Notes under the pieces: model-generated
What the model was told of the DNA's origin: nothing
The model's database searches: none
The model's input: only the letters and a program-made list of their open reading frames with translations
Assembly: GCA_017610205.1 (NCBI GenBank)
Contig: JAFCCL010000005.1
Span: 30,106-94,105 of the forward strand
Reading direction: 5' to 3'
Origin: Candidatus Iainarchaeum sp.
GTDB taxonomy: Archaea; Iainarchaeota; Iainarchaeia; Iainarchaeales; GCA-2688035
Length of the DNA: 64,000 nt
Position numbers and translations under genes: made by a program
Shown: piece after piece, positions 18,672 to 28,556 of the stretch
Numbering within the stretch: the first letter of the stretch is position 1
How the letters are laid out: every line of letters starts with the position of its first letter

Positions 18672-21529
18672 TCTCCAAACCTTGCAAACTGCGCCAGCAT
18701 TGCTTCAAGTTGAACCCTTTCATTCGCACCTTCAACAAGCCTAAAATCATATTCTCCTATTACATCAACCAAGCCAATCTTTGCCTTTGAGGGAATGTCT
18801 TTTTCTTCCGAGTTCATTACTTCTCTGTAAACCTGGCTTATTACGTCTTCGCCTGACATTCCGTGTTCGTACATTAGCTTGTCCAGAAGATTTCTTGCGT
18901 CCATAAACTTTCCTTCTAATGCTGTTGCAATCATTTCTTTTACTTCCTGTGGTTTTGCCCTGCTGCTTACATTAAAGACTGTTTTTTCGTCAACTTTTTT
19001 GTTAAGTGCTGAGGAAGCCTGTAAAACATTTACTGCTTTTCTTAAATCTCCCATGCTTACATAAACAATTGCATCAAGTGCTTTTTTGTTAACTTCAATT
19101 CCTTCGTTTTTTGCAATTTTTTGAATCCTTTCCTCAATTTCTTTTGCCTGAAGTGGTCTGAATCTGAATACAATGCATCTGCTTTGAAGTGGTTCAATAA
19201 TTCTGCTTGAGTAATTGCAATTGTGACTTACTATGCCATTTGCTAAAAAATTGTGGTTTTTTGTACAGGTTATGTCCCTTACATCACTACATTCAATTTC
19301 TTTAATTTCTATTACTTTGTTGAAAACAAAGTTATCTCCTGCACTGGATTCTTTTTTCCATTGCCTGAAATTTGGAAAGTCTCTTGGCAAATGAACGGCC
19401 TTTCCCTTGAATTGATTCGCTACAAAATCAGCACTGCAATCGTATCTTATTGCAAGAGCTCTCTTACTTAAATTACCTGCATCTTCTAAAATCTTTATAG
19501 CTTTCTGTTTTTGTTGTTCTAAATAGTATAATTTGCATCTGAGATACTCGGCAGCAAGCCTTGATTTGCCAATTTTTTCTTTTTCAAATGCGTATCCTAC
19601 CCTGCTAAAGAACCTAAACAAGTTTTTGTTATTGCTGTTAAGTAACAGTTCATAGGAATCAGTAATATTTCCGTCTTTTCTTTTTGTTCCAAGTTTTCTT
19701 ATTTTTATATATGATTTTACTTCAAATTCTTCTAAGAGCGTTTTTATTTGTTCATAGAATTCTATCATATTCTGTTTTAATTTCCTGCTTTTATGCATTC
19801 TCAAAGTTACTGCCTCAAAGTTTTTGTGTTTTATTTTTGGTGAATACCCTTCGCATCCGTAAAGGCTTCTCAAAAACTCTCTTTTTACAAACTTTGTGCC
19901 GTACATCACCCAATTTGGTATTTTGTAGGGAGTAACCACTTTATCTCCCACAGGTGTGCCCAAAAACCTTAATTGGGTTACAAGATATTGTGAATCTAGA
20001 TAAAATGAGGTTGTTTTTCCTACGAATTGTCTGCCCTTGATTGTATTAGTCAGTGTTTTTGTTTGAATGTCAGAGGCTCTAAAGCCTAAAATTGCCAAAT
20101 CCTTTTTAATTTCTAAAAGAGCTTGTTTATTACCTGTGAAAATAAGTCTTACGCCGTTCTTTACTACGTGTCCATCTCCAAACAGGAAACTATATATTCT
20201 TGTGAACGCGCCAATTCTTTTGTCATTGTAGCCTATTCCAAGCAACCCTTTTTCATTCAATTTTTCAAGACTTGTTTCAAAACCTCCCTGTATTTTTATT
20301 GTTTTTTCCAAGTGCTTTTTAATGCCTCCATAAGATATATTTATTCTAAATTCTTTTTCAAGGATGTTTCGTATATCCATTTTATTGCGCAGTTGCAAAG
20401 GGTTTTTTCCTATTATTTTAAAAGAATGTATTTTTGGGTTTTTTTCGGCAATTCTTTTTAGGTAGCCTTTCTTTTCAATTTGCTTCAGCATTTGTACAGT
20501 TCTTATCCTTGATAGTCTTAAATTGTCTTGTATCTGTTTTCTTGTCATCTCGCCTTTTTGTTTTAACATTTCATAGATTTGGTTTTCTCTTACTGTAAGG
20601 CCTTTGTTATTTTTGATTATCTCAAACAGTTCCTTTGCCCTGTTAATTATTTTTCGTTTCTCTGAAGAAATTAATTCTCTAAACACTTTTGCTTCTTCAA
20701 GGCTTTTATAACCTTTTTCTTTTTGTTCTTTCAATAAAAATTCTTTGAACAGGTTCAAATTAACTATTGTTCTGTTGTCCTCTTCAAAACCTGTTCCCTC
20801 TAAATTTGGAAAAACAATTAGCTTGTCATCAATATCTAACGCGCCTACTTTTTTCCAGCCTGCCTTTGTTAAAAGCAGATGATCCGCGGTTGCTTTTATT
20901 TTTCTTCCAGAGTTTGTTGTCAACTCAAAAACTTTTTTCTTACTCTTTTTTGGATTCTGCTGAATGCAACAAATAACTTGGTCTTTTTCCAGGTTTCCGC
21001 TGTTTTGATTCTTTGTTAAAACAACATTTTCTTTTTTTTCTTCAAACCGTTTCATAAACTCTTCAATGCTTATTTCAACCTCTTCAGGCAAAACAATTTT
21101 TGTATCTGGAGTTACGCAGCTTAAAATAAAACGGCATGTTTTTGTGTACTTTTCCATTGTTCTTCGCAGTGCATGTTGTGCGTCGCTTGTAAGGGCGTCT
21201 GATTCGTCCAAAAAGATTATTTTAAAGTCTGCGTTGAATGCAAGGGTTCTTGCAAAATCTTTTATCTGTCCTCTTACAACGTCAATTCCTCTTGAGTCAG
21301 ATGCATTCAATTCCAAAAAATTGCGTCCAAATTCGTTGCCGTAGAGTTCTTTTGCAAGTGCTACTGCTGCTGAGGTTTTGCCAATTCCTGCCGGGCCGCT
21401 AAACATCATATTCGGGGCATTGTGGTTTGCAACATAGCTTTGTAGCCTGCTAATTGCTTGCTTTTGCCCTACAACATCTGCTAATGCAACAGGCCTATAT
21501 TTTTCAATCCAAGGCAATTCTATTTCCAT
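18668..21529 (-). CDS. rfcS: replication factor C small subunit with intein
   Basis: [31 protein letters not shown] and QSRC motifs; start MEIELPW (alternative 21553). Confidence 0.96.
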   Translation of the reverse strand: MEIELPWIEKYRPVALADVVGQKQAISRLQSYVANHNAPNMMFSGPAGIGKTSAAVALAKELYGNEFGRNFLELNASDSRGIDVVRGQIKDFARTLAFNADFKIIFLDESDALTSDAQHALRRTMEKYTKTCRFILSCVTPDTKIVLPEEVEISIEEFMKRFEEKKENVVLTKNQNSGNLEKDQVICCIQQNPKKSKKKVFELTTNSGRKIKATADHLLLTKAGWKKVGALDIDDKLIVFPNLEGTGFEEDNRTIVNLNLFKEFLLKEQKEKGYKSLEEAKVFRELISSEKRKIINRAKELFEIIKNNKGLTVRENQIYEMLKQKGEMTRKQIQDNLRLSRIRTVQMLKQIEKKGYLKRIAEKNPKIHSFKIIGKNPLQLRNKMDIRNILEKEFRINISYGGIKKHLEKTIKIQGGFETSLEKLNEKGLLGIGYNDKRIGAFTRIYSFLFGDGHVVKNGVRLIFTGNKQALLEIKKDLAILGFRASDIQTKTLTNTIKGRQFVGKTTSFYLDSQYLVTQLRFLGTPVGDKVVTPYKIPNWVMYGTKFVKREFLRSLYGCEGYSPKIKHKNFEAVTLRMHKSRKLKQNMIEFYEQIKTLLEEFEVKSYIKIRKLGTKRKDGNITDSYELLLNSNNKNLFRFFSRVGYAFEKEKIGKSRLAAEYLRCKLYYLEQQKQKAIKILEDAGNLSKRALAIRYDCSADFVANQFKGKAVHLPRDFPNFRQWKKESSAGDNFVFNKVIEIKEIECSDVRDITCTKNHNFLANGIVSHNCNYSSRIIEPLQSRCIVFRFRPLQAKEIEERIQKIAKNEGIEVNKKALDAIVYVSMGDLRKAVNVLQASSALNKKVDEKTVFNVSSRAKPQEVKEMIATALEGKFMDARNLLDKLMYEHGMSGEDVISQVYREVMNSEEKDIPSKAKIGLVDVIGEYDFRLVEGANERVQLEAMLAQFARFGE
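19220..21118 (-). mobile_element. intein (633 aa) in RFC-S at the FILS|C site, with LAGLIDADG domain and extra winged-HTH
   Basis: C1-VTPDT...TADH...FLFGDG...SLYGCEG...[19 protein letters not shown]|C. Confidence 0.93.
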
Positions 21530-21617
21530 TGCTTCCCCAACTCCTTTAATCATATCTTTGCCATGAAAACAGTTTTAAACTTATTACCCTTTAGTTATCT
21601 TAATTAAGTGATTAAAA

Positions 21618-22163
21618 ATGGGTGAAAAAGAAGAGCAGAATTCAAATTCCGGGAAAGAACCAAGTTCTGGGAAAAAGCAGGCTTCTAATATAAAGCCTCT
21701 TTCAACAAACAAGCTTATTGTAGCAGGCGTTATCTGCGTAATGGCCTATGTTGTAATTATGTTTTTGGGCGTTGCAAGAGCACAACTTTCAGAAATTCCT
21801 TTAATTGGCGATTTTTTGACTCTTCCAGGTTTTGAAAGCCCGATGTTTTTGGTAATGCCATTTTTTGCATTTTTTGCATTGTTTTTCTTAATTGACTGGG
21901 TAAGAAACGGTTTTGAGCTAAAGCTTTCTTTTGGAATGCTTTGCCTTATAGTTCTTGTAATATTTGTTTTGCTTTCTCTTGCAGCTTACTATGTTGCCCT
22001 CTACTGGTACATTTCAAATTTTGCTCTGTTGCAGGGGATTGAAATGAACCCTGACCAGGTTGACCTTTGGGGCAAGCTAACAAACAGCGCCTTTATGCTC
22101 TTCATCTGGGGCGGAATGTTTGGCGTACTTGGAAGATACCTTGTTGAAAAAATCAATTTGTAA
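21618..22163 (+). CDS. hypothetical membrane protein
   Basis: about 4 TM helices; GTGA RBS. Confidence 0.7.
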   Translation: MGEKEEQNSNSGKEPSSGKKQASNIKPLSTNKLIVAGVICVMAYVVIMFLGVARAQLSEIPLIGDFLTLPGFESPMFLVMPFFAFFALFFLIDWVRNGFELKLSFGMLCLIVLVIFVLLSLAAYYVALYWYISNFALLQGIEMNPDQVDLWGKLTNSAFMLFIWGGMFGVLGRYLVEKINL

Positions 22164-22230
22164 AACGAATTCAACGCCTACTGGGGCACCATTACTTTCT
22201 TTTTAATTTCTTTCCCACAATTTCTTTTTT

Positions 22231-23481
22231 ATGAAAGCGTTTGTAGAAGGCAGTGGCTGCAGCCTGAATAAGAGTGATACTGAACAAATAAGAGGCTTTT
22301 TGCTGCAGAACAATTTCGAGCTCGTAAGCAAGCCGGAAAGCGCTGATTTGCTTTTGCTCAATGCCTGTGCTGTAAAAGAGCAGACCGAAACCAAGATGCT
22401 TAGGAGAATAGTGCAGTTGAATTCAATTTCCAAAAAGCAAAAAAGCACTCTTGTTGTTTTTGGATGCTTTCCAAAAATAAACCCGCTGGCAATTTCTTCC
22501 ATTTCCAAAAAAATTGTGCAAATAGGCCCATGCCTTGAAAAGCTTGCTTCCTTTCTTGAATTGCCTGAACAAAATTTTTCCCCCGACCTGAACGAAAAAA
22601 AGACAAGCAATTTAATTTCAATTATTCCAATTTGCCGGGGCTGCCTTGGAAACTGTGCCTATTGCGCAGTGCGCAATGCAAGAGGCAAACTGAAAAGCTA
22701 TTCCATTGCACAGCTGAACAAAAAGTTTAAGCAAGGGCTTGAGCAAGGCTGTAGTGAATTCTGGCTTACGGCCCAGGACTGCGGCTGTTACGGTTTTGAC
22801 ATTGGAACAAACATTGTTGCTTTGCTCAAAACACTGCTGCGCAACAAAGGCAATTTTAGGATAAGGGTTGGAATGGCAAACCCTGCGCATTTGAAAAAGT
22901 TTTTGCCAGAATACCTTGCCTTGTTTGAACACAAAAGACTTTTTCGCTTTTTTCATTTGCCGGTGCAATCCGGCAGCAATGCCGTGCTTGAAAAAATGAA
23001 CCGAGGTTATAAGAAAGAGGATTTTTTGCTTATTGTTAAAAAAATTCGCAAACGGTTTCCTAACGCAAGCATTTCCCTTGATTTAATTGTTGGCTTTCCA
23101 GGAGAAACAGAGCAGCAGTTTGAAGAAACACTTTTCCTTGTTGAAAAAGTTAAGCCAGATGTTGTAAACATTAGCAGGTTTGGTGCAAGACCAAATACGC
23201 TTGCGGCTCTAATGCCTGGGCAGCTTCATGGAAGGGAAAAAAAGGAAAGAAGCAGAAAGCTTACTGTTTTATGCAAAAGAATTTTGCTTGAAAGAAACAA
23301 GGGCTTTATTGGTTCAAAGCAGTTAATTCTTGTTGACAAAAAGGGATTGAAGGGAAATTTTGTCGGCAGAAACCAAAATTACAAACCAATTGTGGTAAAA
23401 AAGCCAGTTCTTGGAAGTTTTGTTTCGGTTAAGGTAAAAAAAGTTTTTTCAAATTATCTTGAAGCATCTGTGGCAAAATAA
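22231..23481 (+). CDS. mtaB: tRNA methylthiotransferase (MiaB/MtaB family radical SAM)
   Basis: N-terminal GC..N, NAC and GC cysteines; CLGNCAYC; HLPVQSGS; C-terminal TRAM. Confidence 0.88.
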   Translation: MKAFVEGSGCSLNKSDTEQIRGFLLQNNFELVSKPESADLLLLNACAVKEQTETKMLRRIVQLNSISKKQKSTLVVFGCFPKINPLAISSISKKIVQIGPCLEKLASFLELPEQNFSPDLNEKKTSNLISIIPICRGCLGNCAYCAVRNARGKLKSYSIAQLNKKFKQGLEQGCSEFWLTAQDCGCYGFDIGTNIVALLKTLLRNKGNFRIRVGMANPAHLKKFLPEYLALFEHKRLFRFFHLPVQSGSNAVLEKMNRGYKKEDFLLIVKKIRKRFPNASISLDLIVGFPGETEQQFEETLFLVEKVKPDVVNISRFGARPNTLAALMPGQLHGREKKERSRKLTVLCKRILLERNKGFIGSKQLILVDKKGLKGNFVGRNQNYKPIVVKKPVLGSFVSVKVKKVFSNYLEASVAK

Positions 23482-23549
23482 ATCAAAAAAGAACCGCCTG
23501 TGAAAAATAAATCAAAAAAAGAATTAGTTTTTTTTGCAAAAAAATTGGC

Positions 23550-23624
23550 TTATTCTTCTGTTGGTTTTTCAGTTTCTTCACTACTGTCGTCGTCTCCGCA
23601 CCAGCATCCGTGCAAAAATTTCAT
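23550..23624 (-). CDS. 24-aa small protein MKFLHGCWCGDDDSSEETEKPTEE
   Basis: open frame followed by T/A-rich tract; its GGTGA RBS is displaced by the 300-bp element. Confidence 0.45.
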   Translation of the reverse strand: MKFLHGCWCGDDDSSEETEKPTEE

Positions 23625-23625
23625 A

Positions 23626-23762
23626 GTGAACTACCATAACCTAACACCTTTGGCGTCGAGGTTATAGCTTCCTGTTTCATTGATAAGGCTTGCTTTGGGC
23701 TTATACCGCCAGTAGAGGCTTCATCTCTTTCAGGCTTGCATTCGGACAGTTCCTGCCCTATC
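23626..23762 (-). ncRNA. TnpB omegaRNA/reRNA-like scaffold
   Basis: GGGCAGGAACTGTCCGAA..AAGCCTG..GAGA...CAAG...ATGAAACAGGAAGC-hairpin-GTAGTTCAC resembles tnpB 3' ends. Confidence 0.7.
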
Positions 23763-23925
23763 TTACTTTCGTAAGCATTATGTTTATTGTTTTGGTTATC
23801 TGCCAGCACTTTCAGCCTTACAGACAACTTATGTGTATAGGGTTCTTTCTTCTTTATAAGTGTTTTGTTCGCCAATTCATCCACAACCTAACATAGTTCA
23901 GGTTGTGGACTTCTTGGCAATAAGG
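23626..23925 (-). mobile_element. non-autonomous IS200/IS605-family element (PATE-like)
   Basis: left-end hairpin TCCACAACCT..AGGTTGTGGA in CCAAGAAG...GATGAATTGG context; right-end hairpin ending GTAGTTCAC; preceded by TTTAA; no target duplication. Confidence 0.8.
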
Positions 23926-24031
23926 TTAAATCACCTTAATTTCCTTTGTTTTACCTTTTTAAAAACCTTTCTTAAAGCCAAAGTAGGTTTTTTAACAACT
24001 TATGCAGCGATTACTATTAGGGGTTGTTTGA

Positions 24032-24823
24032 TTGCTTTTCCAAAATTCCATTGAGCAATATAAGGCAAATTTCAAAACTGCGTTAGTTTTTGCCCTTCTT
24101 TTGGTGTTTGTGCCTGTTTTTGCCTTTTTTCACAATATTTACATAAGCAGCGGCTCGATTTTTATTGACTACAACATTGCCCTTGCAGACCCGCTTATTC
24201 TTCTTGCTGAAACAGGCTTAATTGCCCTTTTTCTTCTTTTTTATTCCTTTTTTGTTTCGGTAATAATTTTTTCTGTGCGAAAAAATCTAAGCCCTTTAAA
24301 ACTGCAATTTTATTTGCATGAAATGATTCAAAAGTTTGCACTTCGCCTGTTTTCCTTCTTTGCCATCTATTGCTTTTTCTTTTTCCTGCTAATGTCAGGC
24401 CTTGTTGCTTTTGGCATTCCGTTGCTTTTGGCAAACATTATTCTGCTTGTGATTTCGCTTTTGTTAATGTTTGTTCCGCAGGCAGTTGTTGTAGAGGAAG
24501 AAGGCTTAATGCATGCGCTTTCAAGCAATTTCGAGTTTCTTTTCAAGACTCCAAAGTCTTTTGCAACCATTGCAATAATTGGAGCAGTGTTCCTTTCACT
24601 CCTGCAGCTTTTTGAATTTGTCCTGGCACAGTTTACAATGTTTGCACCATACATTTCACTACTACTAGCTCTTGTTTTCATTTTTCCTTTTCTTGAAATA
24701 ATGAAAACCTATTTGTATATGATGAAGTTTGACCTCATAAAACACCATGAGATTGCAAAAAGACAAAAGCCAAAACAGCCAAGGCCAGAGCCTGAGTCAA
24801 TTGCAGATGCAGTAAAAAAATAG
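24032..24823 (+). CDS. polytopic membrane protein
   Basis: 6 or more TM helices. Confidence 0.7.
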   Translation: MLFQNSIEQYKANFKTALVFALLLVFVPVFAFFHNIYISSGSIFIDYNIALADPLILLAETGLIALFLLFYSFFVSVIIFSVRKNLSPLKLQFYLHEMIQKFALRLFSFFAIYCFFFFLLMSGLVAFGIPLLLANIILLVISLLLMFVPQAVVVEEEGLMHALSSNFEFLFKTPKSFATIAIIGAVFLSLLQLFEFVLAQFTMFAPYISLLLALVFIFPFLEIMKTYLYMMKFDLIKHHEIAKRQKPKQPRPEPESIADAVKK

Positions 24824-24859
24824 TTTCCTTCAGGAACTTTGCCCATTAATCTATTCATT

Positions 24860-24920
24860 CTTTTTCTTCAAATTCAATAATTCAAAGCCTATTTGCCTTT
24901 TTCTTCAAATTCAATAATTC
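24860..24920. repeat. 24-bp direct repeat at gene 3' end
   Basis: CTTTTTCTTCAAATTCAATAATTC at 24860 and 24897. Confidence 0.85.
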
Positions 24921-26520
24921 TAACATTTGAGTCAATCAATTCGTTTAATTCTTTTCTGTTTTCGGCTTTTGCTGCAAAGCTGTAATTTTTGCAAATGATT
25001 TTGCTTTTCCAGATTCTTTTTTCTTCAACTATTTTTTCAGGCTTCCTAAACGCTTTTTTATTTTTTGCTTCAAACCTTTTCCTTGCCTGAACGTTTTTCA
25101 ATTCTGTTACAACAAAGTTTTCTGGCAAATGATTTTTCAGTTCAGTTAATATCTTTTCAGCAAACGAAATTGCCTCGTTTGCTTTTTCTGTTCCAACTGC
25201 AGTTTTGCCTATTTCCCCAAGGTTGTCCAATGCAATTGCAGAGGAAAGTTCTTCAATTTCAATTCCTTGTTTTTTGATATAGTTTTTTTGCAAAAGCTCC
25301 CTTCTTTTAATTTTGTCTAATTCAACAACAGCCCTTGCCTTTTTTCCAAGTTCTTCAAAGAACGATGTTTCATTTCCTTTGCAGCCAAGAGCTATTGATG
25401 TAAGATTGATTGCTGAAAAATTGCATAATCCTTTTCCTTCAAATGCAATTCCGTTTACCAGGGCAAATTCTGCATTTCGGCAGTTTAACACTGTTTTTGG
25501 AGTATGCTTATGCAATAGCTTGAGTTTATATTTTGTGTCAACTGCTATTGCATTTTCAAATACTGGTGCAGGGCCTTCACTTCCTGATTTTAGCAAGCTG
25601 TTTGCAGCCGCAGCAATGCTTTCTCTTTCAATTCCTTTGTCAAAAGATTCTGGTTCAAACAATGCCAGCGTGTTAAATGCAGGCACTGCTTTTCTGTTAA
25701 GAAAAATTGCTTTGGAAGCTCTTGCAAAAAGAATTGCTGCATCCTTTGCGGTTTTCTTTCCAACATTTGAAGCAATTGCTACGTTTACTGCAAAAAAGTT
25801 AGGGCGCCAGCTGTAAAACCTGCTTGCTTTGTTTGCTTTTTCAAGAATGTTGAATATCTTATCTTTTGGATTTTCTCCAGCTTTTGGTACAATGTTAACG
25901 GCGATGGGCTTTGTTGAAAAATCCTGAAGTTCTCCAATAAATATTTCTCCTGACAAATGCATTCTTCCAAGTTTTGAAGGAATGATTCTGAGTAAATTGT
26001 ACTCGGCCATTATTGCTGTGCTGCCATAAGGTCCTTCACTTGCTTTTTTTCCTGCTTCAAAAACAGGCAATCCCAATCTTGTATACTGGTTTCTGATATT
26101 TTCGTGCCCGTATTCTAAAAGCTTTACATTAACCATTTCCCTAATTAAAGAAGTGCTAATGTTTTCGATTTCCAAATCTTTTATTTTTTCTTCAACTTCA
26201 TGTCCTATCTTTTCGGCAACACCTCTTGGTACATTGGTTTCCATCAAAAGGCTTTTGATTATGTTGCCTCTGTCAAAGCCTTCAATAAGCTGCGAGCTTG
26301 TTCTGACCTGCATGCTTTGAAATGAAGCATAAATTGCTGCGGCCTTTGGATCAAGCTTTTGCAGCATTTCAACGGCTTTTTTTCTCATTGCTTTAATGCC
26401 CTTGCTTTCTTCTGCTGAAAGCTCTTTGACAATCTTTGTAATTGTCCACTTGTCAGCATTTGCTTCCTCGCATTCTTTGGCAATTTTTTCAATAAGTGCC
26501 TCAATTGGCTTTTCTTCCAT
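24889..26520 (-). CDS. ATP-cone protein with degenerate NrdD-like (class III RNR) body
   Basis: QVRTS...FDRGNIIKSLLMET...ISTSLIREMVNVKLLEYG...YTRLGLPV; MHLSGEIFI; start MEEKP. Confidence 0.7.
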   Translation of the reverse strand: MEEKPIEALIEKIAKECEEANADKWTITKIVKELSAEESKGIKAMRKKAVEMLQKLDPKAAAIYASFQSMQVRTSSQLIEGFDRGNIIKSLLMETNVPRGVAEKIGHEVEEKIKDLEIENISTSLIREMVNVKLLEYGHENIRNQYTRLGLPVFEAGKKASEGPYGSTAIMAEYNLLRIIPSKLGRMHLSGEIFIGELQDFSTKPIAVNIVPKAGENPKDKIFNILEKANKASRFYSWRPNFFAVNVAIASNVGKKTAKDAAILFARASKAIFLNRKAVPAFNTLALFEPESFDKGIERESIAAAANSLLKSGSEGPAPVFENAIAVDTKYKLKLLHKHTPKTVLNCRNAEFALVNGIAFEGKGLCNFSAINLTSIALGCKGNETSFFEELGKKARAVVELDKIKRRELLQKNYIKKQGIEIEELSSAIALDNLGEIGKTAVGTEKANEAISFAEKILTELKNHLPENFVVTELKNVQARKRFEAKNKKAFRKPEKIVEEKRIWKSKIICKNYSFAAKAENRKELNELIDSNVRIIEFEEKGK

Positions 26521-26627
26521 GATTAAAAGCAATGCTACGAAATTTTTAACTGCTTGTCCCTCCTCTTCGAAAAGCAAACTTTTTAATAAAGTTTTATTTG
26601 AATTATTAATGTGATGGGGGGGATTTT

Positions 26628-27101
26628 TTGGCAGTGAGCCTTGACAAAGTTGATTTGGTAATAATAAAAAACCTTTTGAAGGATGGCCGTTCAAGTTTTA
26701 GTGGAATTGCAAAGCAGATTGGTCTTACTGATGTTGCAATAAAGAAAAGGATTGAAAGCCTTAAAAGAAAAGGCGTTTTAAGCAGCATTACTGCAAATCT
26801 CAATCTAAAAATTTTGGGATTTGAAAATCCAATTTATATTCAGATAAGGAGTGAAATTGGAAAAAACAAGGACCTGTTCAAGAAACTGAATGACTTTGAC
26901 TGCCTTGTTGAATTGTACCAAGTTTTAGGCGAATACAACCTGCTTGCAAAACTTGTTGTAAAAGATTTAGGTGAGGCAGAAAAGGTTATTGCAAAGCTTG
27001 GTTTGCTTGACGGAATAATTGACCTGAAAACACTTGTTGTTTTATCTGAATTAAAACATGGTCCAATACTTCCAAGCGGAGCATTGCAGAAAAAATTATA
27101 G
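26628..27101 (+). CDS. Lrp/AsnC transcriptional regulator
   Basis: LDKVDLVII..DGR HTH; GEYNLL RAM domain. Confidence 0.9.
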   Translation: MAVSLDKVDLVIIKNLLKDGRSSFSGIAKQIGLTDVAIKKRIESLKRKGVLSSITANLNLKILGFENPIYIQIRSEIGKNKDLFKKLNDFDCLVELYQVLGEYNLLAKLVVKDLGEAEKVIAKLGLLDGIIDLKTLVVLSELKHGPILPSGALQKKL

Positions 27102-27229
27102 CCATCACGCCCGGCAGCCGCCACTGCCGGCTGGTCAGAGTGTCATCTTCGTTTGGATTCGATGACACGCCCTAGCTGGTCCGGATCCGATTGCCTATAG
27201 TAGCAATCCAACAGCTCGCTTGGGCTAGC
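27099..27229. ncRNA. unidentified GC-rich structured RNA candidate
   Basis: three perfect stems of 6-8 bp plus a possible closing stem, in an AT-rich convergent intergenic region. Confidence 0.5.
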
Positions 27230-27237
27230 AAAAGTTA

Positions 27238-28458
27238 TTAACCAACGGCTGTTGCCTTTTGCTTAGTTTCTCTTTCTACTTTCTTTTCAAGCCTTTGTTC
27301 GTTGATTGTTTTTGGCTTTTTGGCAAAGCTAAATGCAACCATTGAAATAAACACGCTTATGATTATTGCAATGTATACAATTTTCAGTATTATTTCACTT
27401 CCTGTTATTCCATATGCTACAAACAATGGTGCCATTGCTGCTGGTGCAATTCCCTTTGGTGAAATAAGCCCCAGTTTTATTCTCTGCATTATGTTTAGGT
27501 CGCTTTTGTAGGAAATGAGCATTACTGAAACCATTCTTGCAATAAGCAAGGCAACCGCAATAACAACTATTTCATATCTGTTTATTCCTAAAGAAGCTAA
27601 TTCTGCAAAAGTAAATTGCATTCCAAGCATTATGAAAACAAATATTGTGAAAAGGAAAGCAAGCTGTTCTGTGAAATTTCCAAGAAAATGGGTTTCCTTT
27701 TTTGCTGTACTGCTTAGTAAAAGGGAGGTAATTGCAACAGCAACAATTCCTGAACCAAAAAAGTTTTCAGCAATTACAAAAACTCCTATTGCAATCATCA
27801 AGCCGATTATTTCCTCATGTCTGTGTTTGCTTGCCTGCAATATTTTTTGTCCCCAGAATGCCCCCCCAAGTCCGACTACACCGCCTATTATTATCATTCC
27901 AAAAAATTTTGGTACATTAATCCATGCAAGTTCTGGTTTTATAAGATAGTCGAGAATAATTAACGGCAGGATTAATGTAAGCGGCTGGTTGAAAATTGAT
28001 TCTGAAAGCAACACTGTTTTTATTCTGCTTTTTCCACTTGTTTCGGCAGAAGAAATTGCTGCGCTGTCACTTCCGCTTAAAAGCGCTCCTAAAACAATGG
28101 CGCTAAGTAAAGGAATGCTTAGCAAAGCAAAAGTTATTCCGCTTATTATAAACAACGTTAGGAAAACTCCGAGTGTTGCAAGACTCAGTATAAGTTTGCT
28201 GTCTGCTTGCACTTCTTTGAGTTTTAGGTGGAACCCAGCACTGAATACTATTATTATCAATGCAAGTATTCTGATAAGGCCAGGCATGCTGCCAAGCAAT
28301 TCAAGGTTAAGAATTCCAATGGATGCAAAAATTGTGCCAAAGATTATAAGCAACACAACAAATGGTATTTTGCTTTTGTTGCTAATAGCTTTTGCGATTA
28401 TTCCAATGGCTAGGATTATCCCAAACTGTGTAAGCAGGGCAAGCGTGTCTATTGGCAT
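27238..28458 (-). CDS. cation:proton antiporter (NhaP/CPA1-like)
   Basis: GALLSGSDSAA, LSESIFN and SPKGI motifs; ~12 TM; alternative start 28482. Confidence 0.85.
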   Translation of the reverse strand: MPIDTLALLTQFGIILAIGIIAKAISNKSKIPFVVLLIIFGTIFASIGILNLELLGSMPGLIRILALIIIVFSAGFHLKLKEVQADSKLILSLATLGVFLTLFIISGITFALLSIPLLSAIVLGALLSGSDSAAISSAETSGKSRIKTVLLSESIFNQPLTLILPLIILDYLIKPELAWINVPKFFGMIIIGGVVGLGGAFWGQKILQASKHRHEEIIGLMIAIGVFVIAENFFGSGIVAVAITSLLLSSTAKKETHFLGNFTEQLAFLFTIFVFIMLGMQFTFAELASLGINRYEIVVIAVALLIARMVSVMLISYKSDLNIMQRIKLGLISPKGIAPAAMAPLFVAYGITGSEIILKIVYIAIIISVFISMVAFSFAKKPKTINEQRLEKKVERETKQKATAVG

Positions 28459-28556
28459 CACAATAAATCCTTCAACTGGCATATTATAGCAGAAAGTGGT
28501 TCTTTGTTTTTATAGTTTTTGTTGCAAAAGATATTTGGAAATTTTAGGTATTTTAA

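Noticed and set aside
23621-23884. 87-aa ORF as a real protein
   Set aside because: It runs through the IS hairpins and RNA scaffold and has no RuvC motifs.
27099-27229. 5S rRNA, SRP RNA or fluoride/cobalamin riboswitch
   Set aside because: Signature motifs were not found, and the element lies at the 3' ends of both flanking genes.
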